Assembly (NCBI GenBank): GCA_043827085.1 | Contig: JBDRPO010000005.1 | Location: forward strand, 1-56,065 | Direction of reading: 5' to 3' | DNA: 56,065 nt | Source: a bacterium | GTDB taxonomy: Bacteria > Patescibacteriota > Microgenomatia > UBA1400 > UBA12108 | Shown here: positions 24,790 through 33,871 of the stretch, piece after piece | How positions within the stretch are numbered: the first letter of the stretch is position 1 | How the letters are laid out: the number at the start of each line of letters is the position of its first letter | Position numbers and translations under genes: made by a program | Notes under the pieces: generated by a model | The model's input: only the letters and a program-made list of their open reading frames with translations | Databases searched by the model: none | Told to the model about the DNA's origin: nothing

Positions 24790-25575
24790 TTACAGGTACG
24801 GATCAACAAAAGGCTTAAACCCTTCCGTCCAGTTAGCTGCTCCCTCTACCACCTTGTCATTGATAAAGAAGGTCGGAGTCGCTCCATAGCCAAAACCCTG
24901 CGCTATCTGGGGGTCCCCCGTCACTCTAGGCTCGTACCTTCCACTCTCAAAACATGTCTTCATCTTGGTCGCATCGGCTGCAGATTTGAGGAAACTCGCC
25001 ACTTCAGCAAACTTAGTTCGATCATTTTTCACCGTTTCATTGAGGAATATATATCCCTTGTTACTCATCAAAAGGTCATGTGTTTGCCAAAATTTTCCTT
25101 GCTCGTTTGCGCAATATAATGCGAGAGTCCCCAGTTCTCCATTCCCGTGCCCAGGAGTATAGAGCCAAATCATGGCTGCCTTCCCATCCTCAACCAGTTT
25201 TCTGATCTCAAGCTCTGGTGGTACGTACTTACCCCCGTCCTTTACCGCTACAAAATTAGGACTTATTTGCTTATTTAACTCTGGATTTTTACCAGATGCA
25301 ACCTGACAATATGGACAAGACGTATCAGAAAATTCCACAAATTTTAACTTAGCTCCAGGATCTCCAAAAACCAAATTACTCTTATCGTTAAACAACTCGT
25401 CCACTTTTGCCATCTCGATCGGTCTTGGCGTTGGTTGTGCTTGCGCTCCCGCTACCTCCTGTGTCACACTTGGCGCTTTCGTCAAGTACTCTGTTTTTGT
25501 TTTATACACCCCAAGAAAATATGCCCCAGCAACCAGTAGTAACACCATCAAATATTGGGCAATTGTTTGTTTCAT
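24790..25575 (-). CDS. Membrane-anchored DsbA-family thiol:disulfide oxidoreductase
   Basis: CPYC active site (FSDTSCPYCQ) and an N-terminal TM anchor. Start set at MKQTIAQY (track start is 25593). Confidence 0.8.
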   Translation of the reverse strand: MKQTIAQYLMVLLLVAGAYFLGVYKTKTEYLTKAPSVTQEVAGAQAQPTPRPIEMAKVDELFNDKSNLVFGDPGAKLKFVEFSDTSCPYCQVASGKNPELNKQISPNFVAVKDGGKYVPPELEIRKLVEDGKAAMIWLYTPGHGNGELGTLALYCANEQGKFWQTHDLLMSNKGYIFLNETVKNDRTKFAEVASFLKSAADATKMKTCFESGRYEPRVTGDPQIAQGFGYGATPTFFINDKVVEGAANWTEGFKPFVDPYL

Positions 25576-25614
25576 CCGTCTACTATACCACACAAACTCC
25601 TGGGGAAACCATGT

Positions 25615-26496
25615 TCATCTCTCCATCCACCGCTCGGCGTCGAGAGCCGCTTGTACTCCCATCCCCGCTGCCACTACCGCCTGGCGGTAACGTTTGTCCA
25701 CACAATCTCCCGCCGCAAACACCCCCTCAACTGAGGTCATGGTCGGCCACTCACTCCCTCCAATTTTGACATACCCCGCCTCGTCCATCGTAACCCCACT
25801 CCCCGTCAGCCACTTGGTCGCCGGAGCGTGGCCAATCGCAAAAAACACTCCCTCAGCTGGAACCACCTCTTCTTTCCCGTCGACATCCAGTACCAACTCC
25901 TCCACCCTCTCTCCTCGAATTGCTTTAAGATTTGTCCTCCACCTCACTTTTATTTTGTCCGGATTATCCGTCACCCTCTTTTGCATGATTTTACTTGCCC
26001 GGAACGCTTCTCCTCTAACCAATATCGTCACTGAAGTAGCAAATTTAGTCAGCGCCCATGCGTCCTCAATTGCCGAATCCCCTCCTCCGACCACATACAC
26101 ATTTTTCCCTCGGTAAAATGCGCCGTCACACACCGCACAAGTCGAAAAACCCTTGCCGTAATATTTTTCTTCCCCGATTCCAAGCATTTTGGGTGAGGCT
26201 CCCATCGCTAAAATTACAGCATCAAAACTTTCGCGCAATTTCTTCAAATCAGTTACCGTTTGGTACTCGATCTTAGTCCCAAACTTATGTGCCTGTTCCG
26301 TCATAGTCAGCATCAACTCTGGCCCTGTCTTGCCCATGACTCCTGGATAGTTTTCAATCTCACTGGTTTTAGTCAACTGTCCCCCCGGTTCTTCCCCAGC
26401 ATATACTACCGTCTCGATCTCCGCGCGACTTGTGTATATGGCGGCTGCAAGCCCTGCCGGCCCACTCCCTATGATTGCAACCATATATTTTGTCAT
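25615..26496 (-). CDS. trxB: Thioredoxin-disulfide reductase
   Basis: GSGPAGLAAAIY FAD motif, CAVCDG redox centre and GGGDSA NADPH motif. Confidence 0.9.
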   Translation of the reverse strand: MTKYMVAIIGSGPAGLAAAIYTSRAEIETVVYAGEEPGGQLTKTSEIENYPGVMGKTGPELMLTMTEQAHKFGTKIEYQTVTDLKKLRESFDAVILAMGASPKMLGIGEEKYYGKGFSTCAVCDGAFYRGKNVYVVGGGDSAIEDAWALTKFATSVTILVRGEAFRASKIMQKRVTDNPDKIKVRWRTNLKAIRGERVEELVLDVDGKEEVVPAEGVFFAIGHAPATKWLTGSGVTMDEAGYVKIGGSEWPTMTSVEGVFAAGDCVDKRYRQAVVAAGMGVQAALDAERWMER

Positions 26497-26549
26497 AAAT
26501 TAATGATACACCGGCATCTTTATCTTGTCGTTGGTTTGCCTTTTTACAA

Positions 26550-26876
26550 TTAGACAGTTTTCAAAAGATTTTCGTACATTGGTCTGCCGGCAAACCCAAC
26601 TTTACGCGCGACTTCTTTTCCGTCGCGAAACAAAACCACACACGGGATACTGGTTACTCCAAACTCCGAGGCTGTTTTCTGATTACTGTCCACCTCGAGT
26701 TTTCCTATCTTCACCTTCCCCTTATAGTCGTCTGCTAGTTGGTCGATGACTGGCCCCGCCATCTGGCAAGGTCCACACCACGTCGCCCAAAAATCTACCA
26801 TCACTACTCCCTTAGCTTTACTCACCTCGTCGGCAAAATTCTGATCGGTAAAGGTAACCGTATTAGTTCCCGCCAT
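26550..26876 (-). CDS. trxA: Thioredoxin
   Basis: WCGPC motif. Strong SD GGGGGAG before MAGTNTV (track start is 26900). Confidence 0.9.
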   Translation of the reverse strand: MAGTNTVTFTDQNFADEVSKAKGVVMVDFWATWCGPCQMAGPVIDQLADDYKGKVKIGKLEVDSNQKTASEFGVTSIPCVVLFRDGKEVARKVGFAGRPMYENLLKTV

Positions 26877-26886
26877 ATAGCTCCCC

Positions 26887-27159
26887 CTAAGTAACTTCAA
26901 ATAATTGTTTCAGTAGCTTCTCCATCTTATCCGGTTTCTTGCCACGCACACAAGCAACCGCTTCGTCCGTCAAAAGTTCTTTTCCAACCGCCCCCAGCGC
27001 AGCCCGTACCGCTGCAATCTGCGTCACCACGTCGCTGCATTCCCGACACTGATCATACATTTTAATAATCCCATCCACCTGTCCCTGGATTCGTTTTAAT
27101 CTTGTCAATGTTTGATCTGCCACACTTCCAATATACCCCACGGGGGTATATTGTGTCAA
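26887..27159 (-). CDS. CsoR/RcnR/FrmR-family (DUF156) transcriptional regulator, Cys...Cys fingerprint without the His ligand
   Basis: RLKRIQGQVDGIIKM...CSDVVTQIAAVRAAL...LLTDEAVACV. The residue 4 positions before the second Cys is Glu, not His. Confidence 0.75.
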   Translation of the reverse strand: MTQYTPVGYIGSVADQTLTRLKRIQGQVDGIIKMYDQCRECSDVVTQIAAVRAALGAVGKELLTDEAVACVRGKKPDKMEKLLKQLFEVT

Positions 27160-27165
27160 GACTAA

Positions 27166-27891
27166 TTACCTCACCAGCAGCCATGCCCCCATCGTGATGA
27201 GCACCAGCGCGAGCGACAAATGCATCCACTTCTTCGCCTTATGTTCCCACTCTTTCATCTCGACCAGTTTCTGCCCTCTCCACATCACGATCAAGACCAC
27301 AATCAAAGGCAACACAAACAAAAAGTTATAGTAAAGAAAGTACCCCATCACGAACGGGAACGCCATTCCTGAGCTCGATAGAATTGTCGCCGTCCCCACA
27401 TAAATGGGGAGCGAGCACGGTGTCTCAAGTAGCGTCACCAGAACCCCCAAAACCACCGTCATCGGATAACTCACTTTTTCTACCAACCCCTGAAGTTTCG
27501 CTTTTGACACCGTCGGGATCCGCAGGTGTGGCCCACCCTCCACACCCAGGAAATCCTTAAACTGGATTAGTCCAGCAACGAGTAGTGCACCACCGATAAT
27601 GTAGTTAAGAGCCTTCGCTCCACCCGTCAGATCAAATCTGGAAACAAAAGAATATAGTCCCAGTCCCACGACTAAATAGGTAATAAATACTGTCCCTACA
27701 TATAACAGGCCTGTCTTTAGTACCCTCTCCGGTTTCTTGGCAAACACGAGTAGATACCCGAGAAGCATCACCATCATCCCAATTGCACACGGATTGATCC
27801 CATCAACCAGTCCCGCAACCGTTATCATCGGGAGCGAAATAAACTGCCCCTTCCCTGCCAAATAACACGCAATTCTCGTACACTCTACCAT
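27166..27891 (-). CDS. ccdA: CcdA/DsbD-like transmembrane thiol-disulfide electron transporter
   Basis: GINPCAIGM and ETPCSLP Cys-containing TM motifs and about 6 TM helices. The start is uncertain (alternative Met at 27828). Confidence 0.7.
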   Translation of the reverse strand: MVECTRIACYLAGKGQFISLPMITVAGLVDGINPCAIGMMVMLLGYLLVFAKKPERVLKTGLLYVGTVFITYLVVGLGLYSFVSRFDLTGGAKALNYIIGGALLVAGLIQFKDFLGVEGGPHLRIPTVSKAKLQGLVEKVSYPMTVVLGVLVTLLETPCSLPIYVGTATILSSSGMAFPFVMGYFLYYNFLFVLPLIVVLIVMWRGQKLVEMKEWEHKAKKWMHLSLALVLITMGAWLLVR

Positions 27892-27912
27892 TAGTCAATT
27901 CTATCACCAAAC

Positions 27913-28452
27913 TTATATCCTAAATGGGTTTAGTATCCACCTGATAAGTCCATATCCCACCAGGTATACCCCCACTCTCGCCTGCGAGGACAGTCCTCGC
28001 AGGCTCCACAAAATACCAAACAACACCAAATCCAGTATCGCCTCACTTGCCCACCACGGTAAAATCCAAACCTGTTGGGTAAACTCGCCGTTTACCGCAT
28101 TCGCTAGTCTACCGATTGCCTGCCCTATTGGCATCCCCGTAACAATCGCCCCCAATATTTTCCCAAATTCTCTTCTATCTTTGTTTAATTCAAAATACCA
28201 AATACCTACTACCACTAGTCCTCCAATCAACCCTCCCCAAATCGAAAGTCCTCCTCGCCAAACCGCAACTATTTGCCCCAAATTTTGACTGTAATATCCC
28301 CAATAATCCACCACATGGTACACTCTCGCCCCCACCAGTCCGACACCAATCGCCCACGGTGCAATTCCCCCTACTTTAGACTCCAGCTTCTCTGCTACAC
28401 TCCACCCCACAACTATCGCTACCCCTACGATCAATCCATACCAATGCAACAT
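27913..28452 (-). CDS. lgt: Prolipoprotein diacylglyceryl transferase (short form)
   Basis: YGL.V......W, VWRGGLSIWGGLIGG and GQAIGRLANAVNGEF motifs. At 179 aa it is shorter than typical Lgt. Confidence 0.65.
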   Translation of the reverse strand: MLHWYGLIVGVAIVVGWSVAEKLESKVGGIAPWAIGVGLVGARVYHVVDYWGYYSQNLGQIVAVWRGGLSIWGGLIGGLVVVGIWYFELNKDRREFGKILGAIVTGMPIGQAIGRLANAVNGEFTQQVWILPWWASEAILDLVLFGILWSLRGLSSQARVGVYLVGYGLIRWILNPFRI

Positions 28453-28453
28453 A

Positions 28454-29014
28454 TCACCCTACCCAAAAACTAAAGATTACAAATATTGCTGTCATAGTCC
28501 AAAGAAACACCAACCTTTCCTCGTCGCGTATTTCTCGCTTAATGAGCCAAAACAACCGCACGTGCAACCGTCTCGGCTCAACTCTCTGCAGTCTCCATGC
28601 ATCCGAGAGGATATGGAGCATCAGTCCCATCACCACTCCCTTGCCAAATAGTCCCGTGGTCGAAGTCAAAGCAAAAAACGACAAGGGTACCCAAATTACC
28701 ATAAACAAAGACGATCTAAAAGTTAGTCTCTCTTGCTCGAGACGTCGAGCGTCCAAGAGCTCGAACGCACTTCCATACTTCTTCTCCTTAATATACCAAG
28801 CAAACTGTTGGGAAATCTGTGCACTCGGATAGCTATACGTATACACAATCCTGTCGGCAAACAATATGAGCACTCCCGCAACTACCCCCACCATCCACCC
28901 GATCCAAGCGAGCCACCCACCCCAACTAGCATGCCACCATCCACTTCTCACCAAAAAGATCAGGAGTCCATACCCCAAAGCCAAAGGAACATGCGAAAAA
29001 ATATATCGTTTCAT
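28454..29014 (-). CDS. Hypothetical membrane protein
   Basis: Several hydrophobic helices. 1-nt gap to lgt. Confidence 0.5.
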   Translation of the reverse strand: MKRYIFSHVPLALGYGLLIFLVRSGWWHASWGGWLAWIGWMVGVVAGVLILFADRIVYTYSYPSAQISQQFAWYIKEKKYGSAFELLDARRLEQERLTFRSSLFMVIWVPLSFFALTSTTGLFGKGVVMGLMLHILSDAWRLQRVEPRRLHVRLFWLIKREIRDEERLVFLWTMTAIFVIFSFWVG

Positions 29015-29138
29015 ACATTAAATATACACGAAAAGAATATGTATAGATGGTTGGTGGATGAAATTTTGCCGACATTACAGGCGCGTAAGCCACATGTACC
29101 GGAGGTCACAAATTTTGTCCACCAAGCATCAAATTTAT

Positions 29139-29456
29139 TTATTCCGTTTTTCGACTTTGGGAACTAGTCAAGTTTTTAACCCTTTTCAACTCCGAAACCT
29201 TCCACATAAACAGCCTCCCCTTCGATTTCGCGTGGCTAGCATCCACCACAAATGCTCTAGCTTGCTCGAGGATTACCCGATCCACCGTTTTCGCCATCCG
29301 GATATACAGCGCTTTGTGTGGGAGGTCATCTAAATCTACCGCGAGCCGATACCCATAGTCCTGAAATTCGTGGGCTATATACTTCCCGTTACTCCTCCCT
29401 TCAAATTTCTTGAGAATATCACCTAACAATGTTGGTTGTATTTTTGTATTATCCAT
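29139..29456 (-). CDS. Hypothetical protein (105 aa)
   Basis: Clean ORF with no recognised motif. Confidence 0.45.
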   Translation of the reverse strand: MDNTKIQPTLLGDILKKFEGRSNGKYIAHEFQDYGYRLAVDLDDLPHKALYIRMAKTVDRVILEQARAFVVDASHAKSKGRLFMWKVSELKRVKNLTSSQSRKTE

Positions 29457-29483
29457 AATTTATGCATTTATACACTATTTCAC

Positions 29484-30695
29484 TTATCTCATATTACTCT
29501 CTCGCGCCTGGACCATTCCCAACAGTGCCCACAACGAAGCCATCGCCAGTACCAACTCTTTCCATATCCCAAACCAAGCGCCGACCATCATGGCGCTCGC
29601 GACAAATATTGTAGCAATTGAATATATCATCTCCGTATAAACCCAATAAGCAATCGATCCCATCCGCATCCCTCCCAACTGCACATAGTCAAGATACATC
29701 CCTCCATACAGCGCCCCAAACACAGCCCCCAACAAGTCCACCGTTAATACCGCGCGTACACTTGTGATAAACACCCGGACAGTCCAGATCACGCTCGTTC
29801 CTACCTGTGCAGCCCCAAAAACCAGCTCATCACTCCAGTCTCGCCTCTTAAGCCAAACATCAAACCATTTACTCAATATATATCTCACCAATATCGAGAT
29901 CACCGACACAGCCGAAAATAGTCCTCCCACGCTACTCACATGCCACCCCATCAAGTAAATAGCGAGAGGCCAAATTATCGCGATCGCATAATCATCCACT
30001 GCCCGCGATGCTACTCCCACCGCCTGGTGGAAATACCGTCTATTCCGTATCCAATCACCAAATCCCTTCCAACTGGCCCCATTCCGGTGCGAATGTCCCG
30101 GCATATACCACAGTGGGACAACCGACAGCATCAAAACCACCGCTGCCAACGAATAAAGCTGGGGAAATCCCCACTTCTCAATGATGAGTCCTGCCAGTAA
30201 TGGCCCCGTCATCGCACTCACCTGCTCGACGACTAACAGTCTCCCCATCTGACTACCAACCTCTCTTTTGTTCCCATCTTGCGATATTATCGACCCGCGC
30301 GCGATCCAGTAGGTAGGAATATTCAACCCTCCCAAAACCGGCGCTAATAGAAGTAGCCACAAGTTCCCTGGAGCCATTTTTAAAGTAAACAAATATGCTG
30401 CCAAAAACACCGCGCTCACCAAAATACTTCTCCTAAACCCCACCTTCTCGATGTAGTGAGATGCAGGGATCGCCGTCAACAGCACTACCAAGCGCGTTAT
30501 TAAATAAAAAGCCGCGACTCCCGCAACCGCCTGCCAACTAGCGTATCCACCCTTCACCATCTCCAAATAAACAAAAACTGGCGTAAAAATCCCGATCAAA
30601 GCAAATACCATAGACCTCATCATTCCGTTCAAGTACAGCGCGTGCATCCCATCCAAATCCCGACGAAATAACCTCATCTTTTCACTATAACGCAA
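29484..30695 (-). CDS. MFS-type transporter
   Basis: About 12 TM helices, 403 aa, MFS-like loop between TM2 and TM3. Confidence 0.65.
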   Translation of the reverse strand: MRYSEKMRLFRRDLDGMHALYLNGMMRSMVFALIGIFTPVFVYLEMVKGGYASWQAVAGVAAFYLITRLVVLLTAIPASHYIEKVGFRRSILVSAVFLAAYLFTLKMAPGNLWLLLLAPVLGGLNIPTYWIARGSIISQDGNKREVGSQMGRLLVVEQVSAMTGPLLAGLIIEKWGFPQLYSLAAVVLMLSVVPLWYMPGHSHRNGASWKGFGDWIRNRRYFHQAVGVASRAVDDYAIAIIWPLAIYLMGWHVSSVGGLFSAVSVISILVRYILSKWFDVWLKRRDWSDELVFGAAQVGTSVIWTVRVFITSVRAVLTVDLLGAVFGALYGGMYLDYVQLGGMRMGSIAYWVYTEMIYSIATIFVASAMMVGAWFGIWKELVLAMASLWALLGMVQARESNMR

Positions 30696-30713
30696 ATATG
30701 TTAATGTTGTATT

Positions 30714-31163
30714 ATGCGGAAAGCTTATTATTTCCTTGGCGCCATCGTAATCTTGGGTATAATCTGGGCCATCTTTAGTTACCGCAACTTTACCCAGAGT
30801 CTCATCCCCCCCACCCCAACCAATGAGCCCTTATCCACCCAGCCAGCCAGCCCGTCTCCCACCCCCATCTCTACTTTCCCTCCACCCCTTCCCTCGCCTT
30901 CCCTCCACCCCACTCCCGTCCCCGAGGTCCAGGCCTTTATTGACTCACTCGAAAAAGATTCCGCCAGTCTCACATGCACCCAAGATTCGGACTGCCAGTG
31001 GTATGGCCGTGGCGACATTTACTCCAGCGCCGACAACAAAACCCACTCGCTCTTCCAATGCCGCAATTCACAGATCCTCAACTCCTGCCCCAACTGCATC
31101 CTCGACAACTCTCCCATCTCGCCCGACAACAACTGCCGCTGCCTCAATAATCTTTGCGACTAA
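30714..31163 (+). CDS. Membrane-anchored Pro/Ser/Thr-rich protein with a Cys-rich C-terminal domain, hypothetical
   Basis: N-terminal TM helix, PT linker and 8 Cys in the last 70 aa. Confidence 0.5.
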   Translation: MRKAYYFLGAIVILGIIWAIFSYRNFTQSLIPPTPTNEPLSTQPASPSPTPISTFPPPLPSPSLHPTPVPEVQAFIDSLEKDSASLTCTQDSDCQWYGRGDIYSSADNKTHSLFQCRNSQILNSCPNCILDNSPISPDNNCRCLNNLCD

Positions 31164-32929
31164 ATCGTTCCCGCTATTTGTTTCACTTCTGCAAGCGTCG
31201 TAATATCAGTAAGTTTTTTATCATCTCGAAACTTGATTAGACGTGGGAACCGGAGTCCATATCCACTAGAATGCAATTTTGAGGTTGTGATCTCGTCCGC
31301 CGCAATCTCCACAATCACCTTGGGTTCCACCCATACGTCAGGTATTAGCGTTTTAGCCACTATATACTCTAGCATCTGGCTTCTAGTTTCTATCTTCTTT
31401 AAGCGATCATACAATTCCCCAAATTGTAGATCGCTAAGTCCCGTCCCCACCTTTGCCACCGTCACAATTTTCTTCCCACTCACCACCCCCACTAAAAAAG
31501 CACCAATCCCAAACTTCTGTCGCTTCCCCTTACCGGTATAATACCCCATGACTACTGCGTCAATTGTATCCAACAGTTTCCCCGTTTGTCCTTCTTCCTC
31601 TTTAAACTTGACCCAGTTAAAGCTTTTTCGCCCACTCTCATACTTGCCATCAATCTTTTTGACCAGCGCTCCCTCCAGTCCCTTCTCCAGTTGTTTTTTG
31701 TGGTATTCGCGCAACTGTCTGGGATCGCCCGTCACGATTTTCTCGTCCATCACCAAGACATTCCCCGCTTTGATCGTCGCCTCAAGTATCTCTCGCCGCT
31801 TCGAGAGCGGCAATTCGATCAAACTTTGCCCATCTTTATATAAAATATCAAACACATAAAACCGGAGTGGCACCGAGCTTTGTGCCGCCTCTACCCCGTG
31901 TTTGCGCTTTCGCGTGATCGTCAACTGAAATGGTACCATCTTGCCAGTTGTTGGATCATACCCCACCGCCTCCGCGTCAAGGATTACTTCCTGAGCCTCG
32001 ATCTGCTCCCCCATGCTCGCGAGCTCCGGGAACATTTGGCTACTCTCATCCAAACTCCGAGTGTAGGTCTTCACCCAAAATTCTGATTTCTCCTCTTTGA
32101 ACAATCCCGCCACCATTTGTTGTCTATCATCCGAGGGTAGTATTTGTCTTGAAAAATGAATCTGCACCCTAGTTCCGTCAAATTTCGGCTCGACTTGCAC
32201 CTTCCCCATCTTTTCTATCATCTCATCAGGAGTGTGGAGCCGCTGAGCCAGCGCCGGAATGACCGGCCTCCCTATTTTCACCTTGACGTTCTTTATCGCT
32301 CCCGCGATCCCCATCTCTTTTACCAACCGGGACAGCTCCCCCACATCCGGCGCAATTTGGTACGCCGACTCTAGTACTTTTTTCCCATCCTTCGTCCCAT
32401 TCTCCAGATACGACAGAGCGTCCAAAACAGTACTATCCAAAAACCCGAGGCGCAGCCGCCCCGCTACCATCCGCACGATATATTTTGCCGAAACTGGACC
32501 TACTTCTCTTAGGAGCTTCCCCAATCTCTCTACTTTCCGCTGCTGGCTACCCTTCCCCGAATCCCGCGCGATCACCACTAATTCTTCAAATACACTGTTA
32601 ATACTATAATCTGGAATCTGGAATCTAGAATCTTTTTTTATTCCTTCCGCCACCTCTCCCAAATCCCCCTTGTCTTTCATCAGTTGTGCTACTTCTTCGA
32701 CTCCTCTGCCCACTCCCCACGCAACCGCACGGATAATCATCTTCTCGGCAAGATTAAACTCAATACTATCGTATAGTGGCCCGAGCCTCCCGACTGCCAG
32801 ATACGTCGCTGCTGCAATTTCATCTTTGTCTAATTCCTTAAACAGTTCCGCCAGAATTGTTGTCTTAGCGTTACGTAAACTCGTCGCCTCTATTTTTTCA
32901 AAGTACTTGACCAACTCTGCAAACTTCAT
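31160..32929 (-). CDS. lig: ATP-dependent DNA ligase (archaeal/eukaryotic Lig1-like, three-domain)
   Basis: Adenylation motif I EPKFDGTR. The N-terminal DNA-binding domain aligns by eye with archaeal ligases (GDLGE...GKGSQ..K). 589 aa. Confidence 0.85.
   Translation of the reverse strand: MKFAELVKYFEKIEATSLRNAKTTILAELFKELDKDEIAAATYLAVGRLGPLYDSIEFNLAEKMIIRAVAWGVGRGVEEVAQLMKDKGDLGEVAEGIKKDSRFQIPDYSINSVFEELVVIARDSGKGSQQRKVERLGKLLREVGPVSAKYIVRMVAGRLRLGFLDSTVLDALSYLENGTKDGKKVLESAYQIAPDVGELSRLVKEMGIAGAIKNVKVKIGRPVIPALAQRLHTPDEMIEKMGKVQVEPKFDGTRVQIHFSRQILPSDDRQQMVAGLFKEEKSEFWVKTYTRSLDESSQMFPELASMGEQIEAQEVILDAEAVGYDPTTGKMVPFQLTITRKRKHGVEAAQSSVPLRFYVFDILYKDGQSLIELPLSKRREILEATIKAGNVLVMDEKIVTGDPRQLREYHKKQLEKGLEGALVKKIDGKYESGRKSFNWVKFKEEEGQTGKLLDTIDAVVMGYYTGKGKRQKFGIGAFLVGVVSGKKIVTVAKVGTGLSDLQFGELYDRLKKIETRSQMLEYIVAKTLIPDVWVEPKVIVEIAADEITTSKLHSSGYGLRFPRLIKFRDDKKLTDITTLAEVKQIAGTI
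32606..32633 (+). repeat. Heptamer array e (inside lig): ATAATCT GGAATCT GGAATCT AGAATCT
   Basis: Read directly. It encodes DSRFQIPDY in a linker of native length. Confidence 0.85.
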
Positions 32930-33018
32930 AACCGTATTCTACCTCACTTATCCTACTACCAGTTATATTAGAAGCACCAAAACAAGCACCACCTATTTGT
33001 GTGATATTATGAATCAAT

Positions 33019-33822
33019 ATGCCAGATGATAACGATAGTGTTAGTGAAATTTTTCAGGCGATCGAATTCTTTAGAAAATTCAATTCTAATAACCAATTAA
33101 AAGCAAACGAGATCAAAATATCGCATCCAATAATCATAAGCTACACGGCAAAACCTGACATACTTATCTTCGCACCCAACGATCAATTCGCTACCGAAAT
33201 TCTTTCAAAACAAAATATTTCATTAATCGGAAGTAAATTGAATTACAATGTATATAACACAAAAGGCAAAATACCCCCCGATTCAACTTGGCTAACTGGT
33301 TGGAGATACGGACCTCTACCAAATTTTCTACATCACATTTTCGCTCCCACCCACAACCAATCTAAATATATCACGGGTCCCACGTCAGAAGTATTTCTCT
33401 CCAACCAAAATCGCAAATTATTCGGCTTAGAAAACCCATACAAATATATGGACGGTTTCTACGCCACTATTATTCACGAACTAGGCCACGCATCCATTGC
33501 CGAAAATACAAAATCACTTGACACCAAGTTTGTTGAGCAATTCTTCTCGCACAATACCTCGAAATTATTTTATCCAGAAAAATGGTTTCTTCCTGAGTTA
33601 TTCGCATTTTGTACTGAATACTCATTTTCCATATCAAATCTACCCAAACACGCCAAAAAACTAGAAAAATTACAAAGCAAAATACTTAAACTCATGCAAA
33701 ACAAAACGATTCCTTGGTATACCACGCACACTTATGCCATAACAACAGGAATTGCCTTGATAACAAAACATCCACACACCTGGCCAAACCGACTTATCGA
33801 CCGAGTTGCTGTATCTATTTAA
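33019..33822 (+). CDS. Hypothetical HExxH protein (possible Zn metallopeptidase), AT-rich orphan
   Basis: IIHELGHASI motif. The composition looks more AT-rich than the flanks. Confidence 0.5.
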   Translation: MPDDNDSVSEIFQAIEFFRKFNSNNQLKANEIKISHPIIISYTAKPDILIFAPNDQFATEILSKQNISLIGSKLNYNVYNTKGKIPPDSTWLTGWRYGPLPNFLHHIFAPTHNQSKYITGPTSEVFLSNQNRKLFGLENPYKYMDGFYATIIHELGHASIAENTKSLDTKFVEQFFSHNTSKLFYPEKWFLPELFAFCTEYSFSISNLPKHAKKLEKLQSKILKLMQNKTIPWYTTHTYAITTGIALITKHPHTWPNRLIDRVAVSI

Positions 33823-33871
33823 CAAAAACAAATCTCTAATCTCCACCGGGAGGCATCCCAGGAGGACAACC

